Under the pieces are notes generated by a model. It saw only the letters and a list, made by a program, of their open reading frames with translations, was not told where the DNA came from and made no database searches. The translations under genes were made by a program, and so were the position numbers. A stretch of DNA of 64,000 nt from contig CAVXYC010000015.1 in the NCBI GenBank assembly GCA_963765765.1, positions 1-64,000 on the forward strand. The letters run 5' to 3'. Each line of letters starts with the position of its first letter. Within the stretch, counting starts at the first letter, position 1. The DNA is from an uncultured Chloroflexia bacterium (lineage in GTDB: Bacteria; Chloroflexota; UBA6077; JACCZL01). Positions 46,357 through 58,007 of the stretch are shown here, in pieces.

Positions 46357-46520
46357 GAGGTGCACTCCCCGCGGGTCAGCTGTTGGCCATGATGCGATCG
46401 ATCCCGCTCAGGGGTGGGGCTCGCACGTGGCATGCCACCCCACTGGGGCCGCAAAGGCCCGCGCTTTGACCGCGGCGGTCTCTCTCGTTGATTGTGACTT
46501 GAGGAAGCTGAGAGCCATTC

Positions 46521-46552
46521 GTAGAGCGGGCGGGCAGGGACGCCCGCTCTAC
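46521..46552. repeat. GTAG-type palindrome
   Basis: GTAGAGCGGGCG-GGCAGGGA-CGCCCGCTCTAC, just after the Rieske gene stop. Confidence 0.65.
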
Positions 46553-46564
46553 AGAGGCGAGGGG

Positions 46565-47837
46565 TTACACCCGCGCTAGCTGAGCTTCCGCGGTGCCTTC
46601 ATCCCAGGCCGTCTCTCGTGGCAGCACCATTGATGTGGACCGCACATGGTACGCCTCACCGTGAGTGGCCGCGTACGGCTCCTTCCCGGCCTGGAGATCC
46701 CGGGCGCCTCTGAGCAAGCGCCGCCGTCCCTGAATCACCGCCAGGTCCGCCATGCCGAGGTGCTCCCTGGTCCGATCGTAGATACGGCCCATGCCCTCCT
46801 GAACGGCGCAGTCCTCCTCACGCACGCCGTAGATGCCGGTGTACGTGCGGCCCAGGCGCTGTTGTTCCCGATCGATTCCGTAGTCGTTTTCCTTGTTCCG
46901 CACAGGGATGAACTTCTCGTCCACTTCCATGTGGATACCAAGGAAGGACTTGCACTCACCCAGCACCTTCTCGGACAGCGGGCCGTCGGGATTCCAGGTC
47001 ACGGTGAACGCGTTGGTTGTCTCGTCGTCAATCGGGATTGCGGCCGTGAAGTGAATGCACTCGTCCAGGCTTGGCGGAATCATCGTGTATGTGGGCAGCA
47101 GGTACTGGGTGACGCGCCAGTAGTAGGCACCCTCTTCCGCTTCGCGGCGCGCGCCAAAGATCAAGCCGGCGTCCGTCTCCTTGCTGGAGAGCTTCGGCCG
47201 CTTGTCACGATACATATAGCCCGCGATCGAGTTGCGCAGGTCCGCTGGCCTGGGCTTCACTTCCGGATTGGGCTGGCTGTGCAGGAAGCCCACGTGGCTG
47301 GAGTCCAGCTCGCCTTCCAGGCTCTGCATAAAGTTCGATCGCTGCACGCGGCGGCTCACGTAGCGCGATTCCGGCGGCACGTGCATCCACTCGAGCTCGG
47401 GGATCCGCGCGCCCAGACCTTCCGGCCCCAGGTACGCCCAGAGGATGTCGCCTCGCTCCTCGCACGGGTACGCCGTGACCTTGACCTTGTGCTTGAAGTT
47501 GGACTCCGGCGGCTCATTGGGCATATCCACGCACTCACCGCGTGGCATTGAATTTCCAGCCGTGATAGACGCAGCGGAGACCCTCTTCCTCGTTGCGCCC
47601 GAAGAACAGGGACGCGCCGCGATGTGGGCAGTTCTCCGCTACGAGCCCTAATTTCCCGGTCGAGTCGCGGAACGCCACCAGGTTCTCGCCGAGCAGCCGC
47701 ATCCGCACCGGCGGACAATCCGGCTCGGGCAGCTCCGAGCTCAGCCCAAACGGCAGCCAGAACCTCCGCAGATAGTCGCCCATCGCCGTGCCAGGCCCTA
47801 CCCTGGTCAGGAGCTCATTGTCCTCGTGTGAGAGCAT
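46565..47837 (-). CDS. Rieske non-heme iron oxygenase alpha subunit (phthalate 4,5-dioxygenase/LigXa-like), frameshift near 47540
   Basis: NELLTRVGPGTAMG, CPHRG...CVYHGW, mononuclear Fe motif EGELDSSHVGFLH, EDCAVQEGMG. Confidence 0.92.
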
Positions 47838-48315
47838 GGGTCATCTCCTTTCGTCGCCATTGAATGCGGGATGGATAGCCAATACCTGACTGGCGCGCTG
47901 CTCCTCCGTTGTGCAAGACCTTCCGCCATGCCGGCATGACGCGGTCGGCCTTCCCATTGTGAGCGGAGACAGCATCCACGTCAAACGAATCGGAATAACC
48001 GGGATGTCAGCACCTGCTCAGCGCCGAGCGCCTTGGTGCGGCGCACGAGAGCACCAACAAGATCGTTGCATCCGGCTGGAGCCGATGAATCAGCGTCAGT
48101 CACAGTTCGCAGTCGGCGCGTGGACACCCGCGGGAGGACGCCCCCGATCGCGCGGGAACGGCTGCCTGGTCTTCCGTAACGTTTGGATGCGAAGCGGGCC
48201 TATCTACACCAGGCGCACTCCGCCTCGTCGGCTGTTCCAATTGCGGACTGATTGGGGCACGAACCAGGCGCGCTCGCGTACATTATTGGATCGCTATTGG
48301 TGAAGGGAGACTCGC

Positions 48316-49689
48316 ATGGCCCTCACACACGCATGGCAGGCTCACGCACCGGTCGACGATGTGGAGGTCGCATCGCGAGATAACACACTGATGCGGGTGT
48401 CCGCTCGGACCGCGAGCACGTGGGGACTGGCCGACTTCCTTGGTGCCCTCGTCCTCACCCTGCCCGTCACCCCCGTGGCTGCCTCGCTGATCACCGTGGT
48501 GGCCAGCGCGTCCGCATCTAGCGCGCCGCCGGGATCGCTAGACCTGCGCGGTCATCCGATGATCGTTCTGCCGCTGAATTTCCTGCTCTCCTGGCTGGGT
48601 CTCTCGCTGACGTGTTGCCTGCTCGGCCTGGCCCGGTCAGAGCGGGTCAATTTCAGTAGTTTCAGCGACCTCCGCACGCGGCTCAGCACGCTTGAGGTCT
48701 GGTGCGGCCCCACTCTGGACGTGGCAGTTGCCGACTGCAAGGGGCGAATTCGCGATGACCTAGACCGCTGCCGGGCCCGCGCAGAATTGCGCGGGCATGT
48801 GGTCGCCATTCGCACGGAGATGGCTACCAAGGGGCCCCAGTGGGTCCTCGGCGTCGGATACTTGTCGCTGTGGCGGCGGTTACATCGGGCGGAAGCTCTG
48901 TTGCCCTATCTCGAGTCGACCGGAAGCCTGCGTGCGAGAGCGGATCAGCTCCACCTCCAGATCGCCGGCTCAACCATCAGCGGCACCGCAACTGACCGGG
49001 TAGACGAGACGTTGAAGGCCCTCGGGAACTCCGACGATCCTGCCGAGGGAGAGCCTGACAGGCGAAACGGCACCACTCATCCCACCGGTAAGCTCGCGAC
49101 GAAGGGCTGGGCGGCACGGGCCTCGCTCAGCCAGACGCAGCTCTCCATTGACGAGTTCCGCGACGGCCGCTACGCCCAGTTGGTGTCAGCGCGCAATCAG
49201 CTGGCGGCGACCAACGCGGCGACCGGGATTGCCCTGTATGCCCTACTCTGGCTCGCCATTGTGGCCCAGGTCAATGAGCCGACCGTCCGGGCGGCCACGG
49301 CCTTCTATCTGGTTGGCGCCCTCGTCGGCCTCTTCAGCGTGCTGTATACCCAGTCGGGGGCCCAGTCGGCGGTCGACGATTACGGGCTGACGCTCACGCG
49401 CATGCTGGTCACGCCGCAACTGTCCGGCATCGCGGCGGTGCTCGGCGTCGTGATTACCACGATGCTATCCGTGGCCCAGTTCCAGAGCGATCCCCAGGTG
49501 GCCGCGACCTTCCACAGCCAGGGTCTGCTGGCCGACAGCTTCGATCTCATCCGACGCCCGGTCAACATCCTCACCGCGGCGGTCTTCGGCTTCTCGCCAG
49601 GGCTCGTGCTCGATCGCCTCCGGCGACAGACCGACCAAGCCAAGGATGACCTGCAACGCAGCCGAAGCGAGACACTCGGGCAAACGTGA
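48316..49689 (+). CDS. Uncharacterised 2TM + helical + 4TM membrane protein
   Basis: 457-aa uninterrupted ORF with a GGGAG SD. GALVGLFS and FGFSPGLVLDRL motifs. Confidence 0.75.
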   Translation: MALTHAWQAHAPVDDVEVASRDNTLMRVSARTASTWGLADFLGALVLTLPVTPVAASLITVVASASASSAPPGSLDLRGHPMIVLPLNFLLSWLGLSLTCCLLGLARSERVNFSSFSDLRTRLSTLEVWCGPTLDVAVADCKGRIRDDLDRCRARAELRGHVVAIRTEMATKGPQWVLGVGYLSLWRRLHRAEALLPYLESTGSLRARADQLHLQIAGSTISGTATDRVDETLKALGNSDDPAEGEPDRRNGTTHPTGKLATKGWAARASLSQTQLSIDEFRDGRYAQLVSARNQLAATNAATGIALYALLWLAIVAQVNEPTVRAATAFYLVGALVGLFSVLYTQSGAQSAVDDYGLTLTRMLVTPQLSGIAAVLGVVITTMLSVAQFQSDPQVAATFHSQGLLADSFDLIRRPVNILTAAVFGFSPGLVLDRLRRQTDQAKDDLQRSRSETLGQT

Positions 49690-50473
49690 GGCGACGGGGC
49701 GCCCGGTACGCATCCGGACCCGAATCCGGGTGTGGGATTGATGGTGATGATTCGCCGTCACTCCACTCGGTGGCTCCGTCCGTGTCGGACGTCCTCACTC
49801 TCTGATTTAAGCGCCGTGGGCATTCAGTGTGTGCCATCGCAGAGAGCTACCACGGGAGCTCAATGGCCCTGCGCGACTTGGTGTAACGCCCGCGCCGCAC
49901 CAGCACCTTATCTAGAGAGCGAGGTCGGCGCATAGGCCGTTCGGCACCTGGCACGTCGAAACGGGTGTGCGGGAGGCGAAACGACTGATGCATCCGCTCT
50001 CGATCCCCCACCTTGTGAGATTGGGGTGTCTTCATCGATGTCGGGGGCGAGGTGCCACGCCGCGCTCATGAAGCTCAGGCCGTGAGACTGCTGACAGCGC
50101 GCAGCTCGTCAGGTCTGCCCTGTCCGGATCCCGTCGCTCTCCGGAGCGCAGACGAGGCACCGGTGCCGACCGTGCGCGTGGCGTCCGGCCCGACCGGTGG
50201 GACGCAGTTCTATCGAAAAAGGGGAACGGTGATTCTTTTGCCCACCGGACACGGTCCGTCGTAAATCTACCCGGCCTCCCGTCTGGCGGCAATCGCTGTG
50301 ACGCGGCAACTCCTACAACGAGGAAATTCTCAAGCTGATTCACTCTCTTGTGCTATTGACTTACACGGGTGACGGCACTTTAAGTGGGCGTGGTCTATAG
50401 AGGGCGCCGCACAGTAATTTCCGTTGCGTTGTCCGTGCAATACCCAGGATGCATCCAGGAGCAAGAGCGAGAC

Positions 50474-51231
50474 GATGATGGAGCGCCGTTTGGTGTGGCG
50501 ATGGCTCGTTATCACGCTCCCTGTCGTTGCCGCATTCCTGTTTTTCACAGGGTATACGCCGCCTGCCGGGGCCGCTCCGTTGGGCCAGATCGTGACGGTC
50601 ACGACAACGACTGGCACCACGACCGCTACGGAAGTGGTGACAGCCGGTTCAACAAGTACCGTCACCACACAGGGAACTCTTACCCAGACGACGACGGTGC
50701 CCGTGATCGTCACGACGGACCAGACTAGCACTGTGACTTCGACCGTTGTCGTCGGGTCGACGACGACCATCCTGGCGACCACCACGTCTACCGTGACGAT
50801 CCCGGCGACCGCCACGTCCACGACGACGATCCCGGCGATGACCACGTCCACGACGACAATCCCGGCGACGACAACGTCCACGGAGACGATTCCGGCCACC
50901 CTGACCCTGACGACGACGATTCCGGCGACCGCCACGTCCACGGAGACGATCCCAGCGACGACCACGTCCACGGAGACGATTCCGGCAAGACCACGTCCAC
51001 GGAGACGATCCCGGCGACGACCACGTCCACGGAGACGATTCCGGCGACGACGACGTCGACGACGACGATCCCGGCGACGTTCAGCACCGGAACATCGACC
51101 GTCTCGACCACGACGACGATCAGCGTAACGACGACAACGACTTCCACCACAACGACAAGGTCTACCTTTTCATGCTTCCAGCTGAAGCCGCCCGGTGACT
51201 TGTCGTGCCCCAAAAAGCTCCAGCGACGTGA
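50474..51231 (+). CDS. Secreted Thr-rich repeat protein A (frameshift near 50987; stop inferred)
   Basis: Signal-like N-terminus, about 11 x T(T/E)TIPATTTS, then TFSC-x10-C. TGA at 51229 is in frame if the A5 run at 51212 is really A6. Otherwise it reads through into the next gene. Confidence 0.6.
50760..51079 (+). repeat. 30-nt coding tandem repeat array (about 11 units)
   Basis: Consensus ACG(A/G)(C/A)GACGATCCCGGCGACGACCACGTCC. Confidence 0.9.
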
Positions 51232-51295
51232 CCTGCCAGGTGCCTCGGTGACGGCGAAGGTTCAACTCGCCGCCCAATGGCTTGCAGGGCTCAAA

Positions 51296-52904
51296 GTGAC
51301 TGATCTGGCGCGTACGTTTCGGCGTAGAGCATTAGGCAACCTGTTGGTTGTGGGCGTCTTGCTAGCGCTTCAGATTGCGGTGGCTATGCCGGCGTTCGCA
51401 CAAGTCGGGCAGGGCGCCACCATGACGGTCTTACAGGGCTCGGTCGCCGTGATCCGCACCAATGGCTCAGCCGTCCAGCCCGCCCCCAGCGGCACGGAGG
51501 TCTTCCCGGGCGACGAGATCCGCACACTGACCCAGTCGGGCGCGTTGATCACCTTCTTCGCCGGTACAGAGATCGAGCTTGGCGCCGAGACCATCCTAGT
51601 GGTCCAGAGCGTCAGTCGGCCGGGGACCGGGTGGACATCTCCGCTCCGCCAGGTGGCCGGAACCTCGCTCAGCCGGGTGCAGACGATTGTGGACGCGGCG
51701 GCGATATCGGGTCGAGGCGGGCGGCGCCGTGGCACTGGTGCGCGGAAGTGAGCTGGGCGTGCTGGGCCCGCGCGACGGGATCGTGGTGTTCATCAATTTC
51801 GAATCGAGCGTACCGATCATCGTGCACGGATGCTTCCTGTCGCCCGGTGAGGTGTATGGCTACAGGTAGAGCCGGATGGCCGCGGCGGCTGGCGAGTGGT
51901 TTCCGGTTGAAATGAGTTCCGGGCGGACCTGCGCGGCGGACCCTGGGGGCGCGCTGGAGGAGGGCTTACCCTCGCGCAGCAGGCCGAGCAGGGCGAAACT
52001 AAGAAGAAACCGGCGGGCCAGGTACCGGGCCGGGCAGGTGCAGGAGATCAGGAACGAGCTAGAGAAGAAGAAAGACGACGACAACCCGCCGGTAACTTCG
52101 ACAACAACGACCGAGGCTGTCACGACAACGACGACCCAGCCGACCACCACAACGGTGACCCAACCGGTTTCGGCAACGACTACACAGCCGGTGACGACAA
52201 CCACACAGCCGGTTACGACCACGACCACGCAGCCTGCCACGAGTACAACAACGAGCGTGAGCTCGGGCACCACAGTGACCGTAGCACGTGGCGCGACAGT
52301 GACCACTACTAGAACGACGACCGTGCCGACGACGGTCACGACAGGAGAGACTTCGACTGAGTTCGTGACCGTTATCGCTTCGCAGACGACCACCATACCA
52401 TTCACGACGACGACATCCACCACCACAACAGTGCCGGCCACTACGACGTCCACGACGACAATTCCGGCGACCACGACTTCGACGACCACGATCCCGGCGA
52501 CGACGACTTCGACGGCAACGATCCCGACGACCACAACTTCGACGACGACGATTCCTGCGACCCTGATCGTGACGACGACGATTCCGGCAACGACCACGTC
52601 CACGGAGACCATTACGGCGACGACCACGTCCACGCAGACGATCCCGGAGACGACTACGTCCACGGAGACGATCCCGGCGACGACCACGTCCACTGAGACG
52701 ATCAGCGACAACTACGTCGACGCTGACGATCCCGGCGACGACCACGTCCACGACGACGGTGCCCGAACAACGACCACATCTCGATCGACGAGCATCGCTG
52801 TTACCAGCACCCGAACGATCACCAATGTAATCACAAGTACAACGACCACAACCACGTTCACATGTGGAAACTCCACGGTTGGTAGCATCCCGCCATGCAC
52901 GTAG
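51296..52904 (+). CDS. Secreted FecR-domain protein with a Thr-rich repeat stalk (several frameshifts)
   Basis: Signal peptide ending AFA-Q. FecR pattern GDEIRT...GALITFFAGTEIELG and YRVEAGGAVALVRGS. TQPVTTT and TTTIPATTTS repeats. Ends TFTCGNSTVGSIPPCT*. Confidence 0.7.
52385..52765 (+). repeat. 30-nt coding tandem repeat array (about 12-13 units)
   Basis: Same unit as 50760-51079. Confidence 0.9.
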
Positions 52905-53789
52905 CCGCGAGATAGCAGCGCAACATTCCAACGCGACAGTGCCCGTGTGTCGTATCGGCGAACGGGTGCACGCCTAGACTCGAAAACGGAGGTCATCTCA
53001 AGGGTCCAGCAGAGCCGCCAGTCAATAAGCGTGCTTGCGGCCGCAGGGTCGGAACACTGTAGTCGGGGTCAGGCGTCGGACTAACGACCCAGACGACGTG
53101 GTCGGTGGGTAAAGTGGAGTGAATGGCCAGAGCTGATCATGAAAACCAGGGTACTAACGGGATGACCCGAATCACATGTCGCCGAGTTCGCGAGTTCAGA
53201 CGCGCTCAACAATCGAGCGAATGACGCGCGCGGCGTCAGTCAGCCCGAGCATCCAGACGTGCGATGAACGCTTTGGAGATAGCGTCTGGGGTCATCAGCG
53301 AGTCGGAGCCTTGATTTCAACTTCTGTCGCAAAGTCAGCTCGAGGAGCAGTCAGCTCCGCAACTGCCACGCCCGGCTGAGAGCCGTATCGGATCTGACTC
53401 GCTCGACTCGATCTCCGTTGTCGGGTTGCGCAGCCGAAATGTGATGTTGACTACCCCGGCGGCCGTCGCGGCGAAGCGAGGCTTCCAACCCATATCGATC
53501 GCCATCCCGTTTTGGCTCGATGAGCCGTGTGTCAGACACTCTTACGGCTGCGCTGAGCGCAGCGGCTGGCGCATCGGCGACCGACGGTACGGGTCGATGA
53601 TTGCTCTGCAGCCAGACCCAAGGATTACCTCCGCGAGCTCGAAAGTAACGAGAGTCGCGGGCTTCACAATAGCTATTCCCCTCTTGGCGAGCCGCCGCCG
53701 GTTCAGCGCCGGGACTGGGATGCTGGCTGAAGGGCTGGGGACCACGCTACCTGCTTCCGACTTCTTCCACTGGCTCTCGCGCCATCTGG

Positions 53790-54154
53790 CGCTCTGCTGG
53801 CTGGACATTCGTTGACGTCTCGTCGCTCTGGGCCTGACGCTGCTGGGAGTACTGGTACAGATTCCCGGGGCGACGGTGAATTTTATGGACGCGGGGCTGG
53901 CCGGTCATGACCGAGTACGCCAGGCGATGGATGCGGTGCCTGACACGTTCGATTTCAGGGACTGGTACTACTTCACGCCGGCCAATTCGACATACCGGCT
54001 CCATGCCGAGCTACTGCTCGCGGGGAAATTGGATGTCGCCTGGCTTTCTTCGCCTCGGACCGGGCTTACTCCGCTTACAATCGGATTCTCCCTTCTCCTG
54101 ACTGCTGTAGGACTCGCGCTCATGCGTTCGGCACTGAGTGGGCACCACAAGTAA
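53790..54154 (+). pseudogene. C-terminal fragment of a membrane protein (GT-C-like tail)
   Basis: LVALGLTLLGVLVQIPGATVNFMD...LDVAW plus a terminal TM. No intact N-terminal part was found. Confidence 0.35.
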
Positions 54155-54422
54155 TTGCGACTCGGCTGTCGCGTCTCGCAACGTAGCAGTCTGCGCACGA
54201 CCGCGCCTGATACTGCCGGGAAAGACCGGGAGCCTCCTCATGGTCGGCGACCAGTGTTGCGGGCGCGGACACGATTACTGCGGAGATGAGTCGGGTATCA
54301 ATTCGACTAATCCGGCGATGCGACTCGTGCGATGTAGCAACGTCGGCGTACCGGCTCGCTATCCTGAGCCTCCGCCGCCGCACGCCCTCATAAGCTCAGT
54401 ACTGTCCGGGGTAAAGAATCAC

Positions 54423-54805
54423 GTGAAACACATCCCGCGCGCGCTCATTGGTCTGACAGCAACGCTGGCTGCCCTCGGTTCGTTCGGGTGTTCGCCGGTA
54501 CAGTCACCCGCGGGCCAGTTGCAGGCGCCTACTCCACCGCCCACGGTAGCAGTGAGCGGCATCCACGTCACGCCCCCGGACAGGTCGGTGGCGCGTATCG
54601 AATCGAAGCGACCATCAACCACACGACCTCTGGCGGCCCGGCCGACATCACCTTCCGTCTACGGAACAAGACGACGAGCGAAATCATCGAGTCGTCGGGC
54701 GGAGTAAATCTCACGCCGGGCGTGGCGCTCGCTGCTGTCGCAGAGCTGAGGGCGCCAGAAGGCGACTACACGCCGGAAGTCGAAGTCAAGTATCCAGCGC
54801 GCTAG
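54423..54805 (+). CDS. Small lipoprotein with an Ig-like domain (frameshift near 54575)
   Basis: GTG start, lipobox-like SFGC, Pro-rich linker, beta-rich YRIEATINH...PEVEVKYP. Confidence 0.65.
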
Positions 54806-54980
54806 GGCATGTGTGATGGACCTTGGCGGCTTCCAGCCGGTCGCCCTTCGGGGCTGGCGCGGCGGCGCCGGCTGCTTTGTACCCACAGCTTCGAGTCACG
54901 ACCACGACCTACCCTGCCTGGCCTCGTAAGGCTGACGACCCATAAGTGCCAGATATTTCGATTGGCGCTCGCGAAGGACC

Positions 54981-57154
54981 CTAGGACATCCGTAGACGGC
55001 TCGCCCGCGCTGCGCGACTCAAGCGGTGTTCCCACCGCCATATACCAAGCAGCACGGCCAAGGAAGCGATCGAGACGAGCAGGCCGGCCTCGAATCCGGC
55101 CGGAAGTACCGCAAGGTGATGGTGTGGCTGCCGGGTGCTAGTTGGACTCCGACTAGAGCGCCATCAACGGCGGCGACGGAGGCGGGCTCACCGTCCATCC
55201 GCGCTGTCCAGCCCGGATACCAGGGCTGGATTGTCACCAGCCAGCCTGGCCCCTCGGCCTGTATCTGGAGGAAACCAGAGCTCTCGTCGATCACGCTGGC
55301 CGGCCCGGGCGGCGCTAGCGGCTCTCGGGTGGTGGCGTCGGGCAAAGCGATGCAGGATTCCCGCGGAAAACCTGGCTCCCGTACCTGGAGCGCGGTGCCT
55401 GGCCACACGAGCGGGCGACCCAGGCTCGTGGTGGAGCCGGTTCCACAACTCCGAGCGATCTCTTCTCGCGATCGAACCAGCGGCTGTAGCCCAGTAATCG
55501 CAGGACCGGGTCATCGGGCCGAGTGATGTCGAAGGCGACCCCCGGGGTCGGATTGCCGAGCAGGAGCGCGGTGTACGCGCTATTGAAGAGAGCCGAATAC
55601 CCTGGCCGGGCTGCACCACTCGCGCTACGGGCCCATAATTCGCCAGGATCGCGCCTCCATCGCCGGCAACAACCACCCGATCCTGTCCCCGCATCGCCTC
55701 TGATTGGGAAATGTAGCCTCGAGGGTCCGACTGTGGAGCTCGAAACGGCTGCAGCACGAGCGTCAGCTCGCAAATTGCCAGCGCAAGCTGCGCCTGGGGC
55801 GCCCATGACGGCGGCAGGATCGCCGCAAGCGCCATGAGCGCCAGGACCAGGGCCGCGCCTTGCAAGCCGGGCGCTGCGAGTGCTGCCATGGACGCGGCGT
55901 CGGATGGCAGAGGCGGTGAGCCGGCCCCTCCAACGAGAGCCGCTAGAGGAGGGAACCATCTGCTGAACGTCAGGCTACCAATGACAAGCAGCCCCGCGCC
56001 GGCCAGGGCGGTCAGAGCGAAGCGCTGGCCGCGCAACCGCTGAATCCCCAATCCGGCGGCGAGCGACAGGGCCAGAGCAGCCAGACCCAGGTGTTTGCTC
56101 GGAATTCGAAATGTCTCGTAGCCCGGGCAGTATCTTCTGAACCCAGGCGTACCAGGGCACGTAGCGCCCGAAGGCGAGCGCAATAGCCAGAGCGGCGCAG
56201 CCCCAGCAGATCCAGCGCCAGCGTCCTTGCGCGCGGAAGGCGGCCACGAGCGGTACCACGCCAATGTACAGCAGGCGCTCATGCCATTCGTAGCCCGGAA
56301 CCGGGCCAGTAACCGCCCCGAGGTCGCCGAGAATCGTCGGTCCCAGCATCAGGAGCAGATGCCAGGGCGGCAGCGACGCTCCGGTGATGAAGTCCCAACC
56401 CATCCCGAATTGTCGAATGGAGACCGAGTAGAGCGCGGCGGTGGGCAGGAGCTGGACGGCGGCCAGGCCGCTCCCGAGCGCCAGACCAATGCCCACCCGG
56501 GCCAGCGCCTCGATCGCGGCCCTGAGTCCGTCCGCATGCCGAAAGCAGCGCCCACAGGTAGCCACCAGGAGGGCGAAGATGAGGAATTCCGGCCGCCCCG
56601 CCAGGATCATCAGCCAGACCACCAGTGCGAGAATGACAGTGGCCGGGCGCTGTCGAATTTGTATCGCAAGCCCGGTCGCGAGTGGCAGCCAGGCGCCGCC
56701 TTCGACCCAGTTCAGGTGACCGGCCCATAGCCGCGCGGTCATGGCGCTGCCGAGGGCATAGGCCACGCCGCTCAGAACCTGGCCTTCCCTGCTTGCCCCG
56801 AGCCTCCCTGCGCACCAGGCGGCGGCGAGTCCGGCCAGGAGAATATGCACGCCCTGACCCCAGTTCATCGCCGGGATCGGCGGCATCCAGACGAAGGCCC
56901 AGTGGAGCGGATAGAGATAGGCCGTCTGGGGGTGAGCGAAGGCCGGCACACCGCTGAAGGTATACGGGTTCCAGAACGGGAATCTGACCGGCGGCAAGAG
57001 CGTCCCGCCAGAGCACTTCCCAGGGGTAATAAATCAGCACAGCATCACCCCCGGAGACGATGTGACCTGTCGTTGTCCACATCGGCCAGAGCAGCACGCT
57101 CAGCAGCGCCGCTAAGACAGCCGTATGGCCAAAGCCACGCTGGTCCCCGCGCAA
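54981..57154 (-). CDS. YfhO-family GT-C membrane glycosyltransferase (many frameshifts)
   Basis: GDAVLIYYPW, PFWNPYTFSGVPAFAHPQ...YP, AVQLLPT, LYIG, FRIP, WYPGWTARMDG, GSHTITLRY. Confidence 0.85.
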
Positions 57155-58007
57155 GCGAGTGCCACGCGGGCAACTTCCCTACAACGGTCACCACCCGCAC
57201 GAGCCCCGGGGTGTGCGGCGGGGGCAGTTCACACGAGAGTACGAGTCGCGATGCGCGGCCAGCGGGGATACAAAGGAGCTCGCGTCCAGTCGAACCCGAG
57301 CGGCGGTGGGAAACAGATTCAGCGGGTTCATACGAGAATCGAGGGGGAGAACTGATGGAAGAATGAGTCAAGGACCATCCTTGTTGCGACCCCGGGGCCA
57401 GACCGAGGTAGAGAGTTGCACCGATAAAGACCAGGATGAACGCGATTGCTTGACCGACCGCGCTGCATGAGCCGCTTCCCGCGGGTTAGTGCCGCGAGAC
57501 GAGGCCCTCCGTGAGTAGCCTGCCCGGAGCTGCCAAGTGCCGATGCCGACGCGTGGGGTGAAAAATCTATCGTCCACGGCGTGGACCACTGAGACCATTG
57601 TGCCTTTACCGTTGCAGCCGAGCGCCGCAGTCGAGATTCAGGGCACGGTGCCGCTCCCGCCTCAAGCAGTGGGTGGATTCTAGGGACCGGTGCTGACACC
57701 AGGCAATCGTTCAGTGGAGCCCCCGTTGTCCCGCGAGCCACGCTGGAATAATGGAATTGGCAGGACACGTGTTCGGCAGCGCACAATACGTCCGTGCTGA
57801 CCGGGCGGGACGAGCCGCGAGGCCCGAGATAGTTACAGAGGAGCTCATGACTGATAGAGAAGAGAGTCACAGGGATCGGCCAGTCCGAGAGCCTTAGAGT
57901 GACGCAAAGGAGCCTCCCGATCAGGCCGACGCCACGCTGAGGAGGATTCCTGGGATCGAATCGGTCGAGCAATCGACCGATTCCTGCCAACCGAGCTGCA
58001 CATCCGA

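Noticed and set aside
43223-47551. Long antisense ORFs (43223..44095+, 46646..47551+)
   Set aside because: They are GC-rich shadow frames opposite well-supported genes.
49690-50470. Hidden gene or structured RNA in the long intergenic region
   Set aside because: Only short, family-less ORFs and no convincing conserved structure by eye. It needs a covariance search.
50760-52765. 30-bp periodic arrays as a CRISPR array or DGR template/variable repeat pair
   Set aside because: The units are contiguous with no unique spacers and vary mostly at synonymous positions of a Thr-rich frame. No cas or reverse transcriptase gene is in the window.
50330-52931. Val-rich and Arg-rich ORFs on the minus strand and in alternative frames
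   Set aside because: They are shadows of the ACG-rich Thr repeats.
52905-53790. Short ORFs on both strands
   Set aside because: No recognisable motifs or RBS. Probably degraded sequence.
57160-57350. c-di-AMP riboswitch-like words (CGCTGAATC, AGCGGGG)
   Set aside because: The words are on opposite strands and not in the required order.
57870-57930. c-di-GMP-I riboswitch (GACGCAAAG)
   Set aside because: The upstream GGCAAA/GNRA stem is missing, and the region is probably the PMT N-terminal coding sequence.
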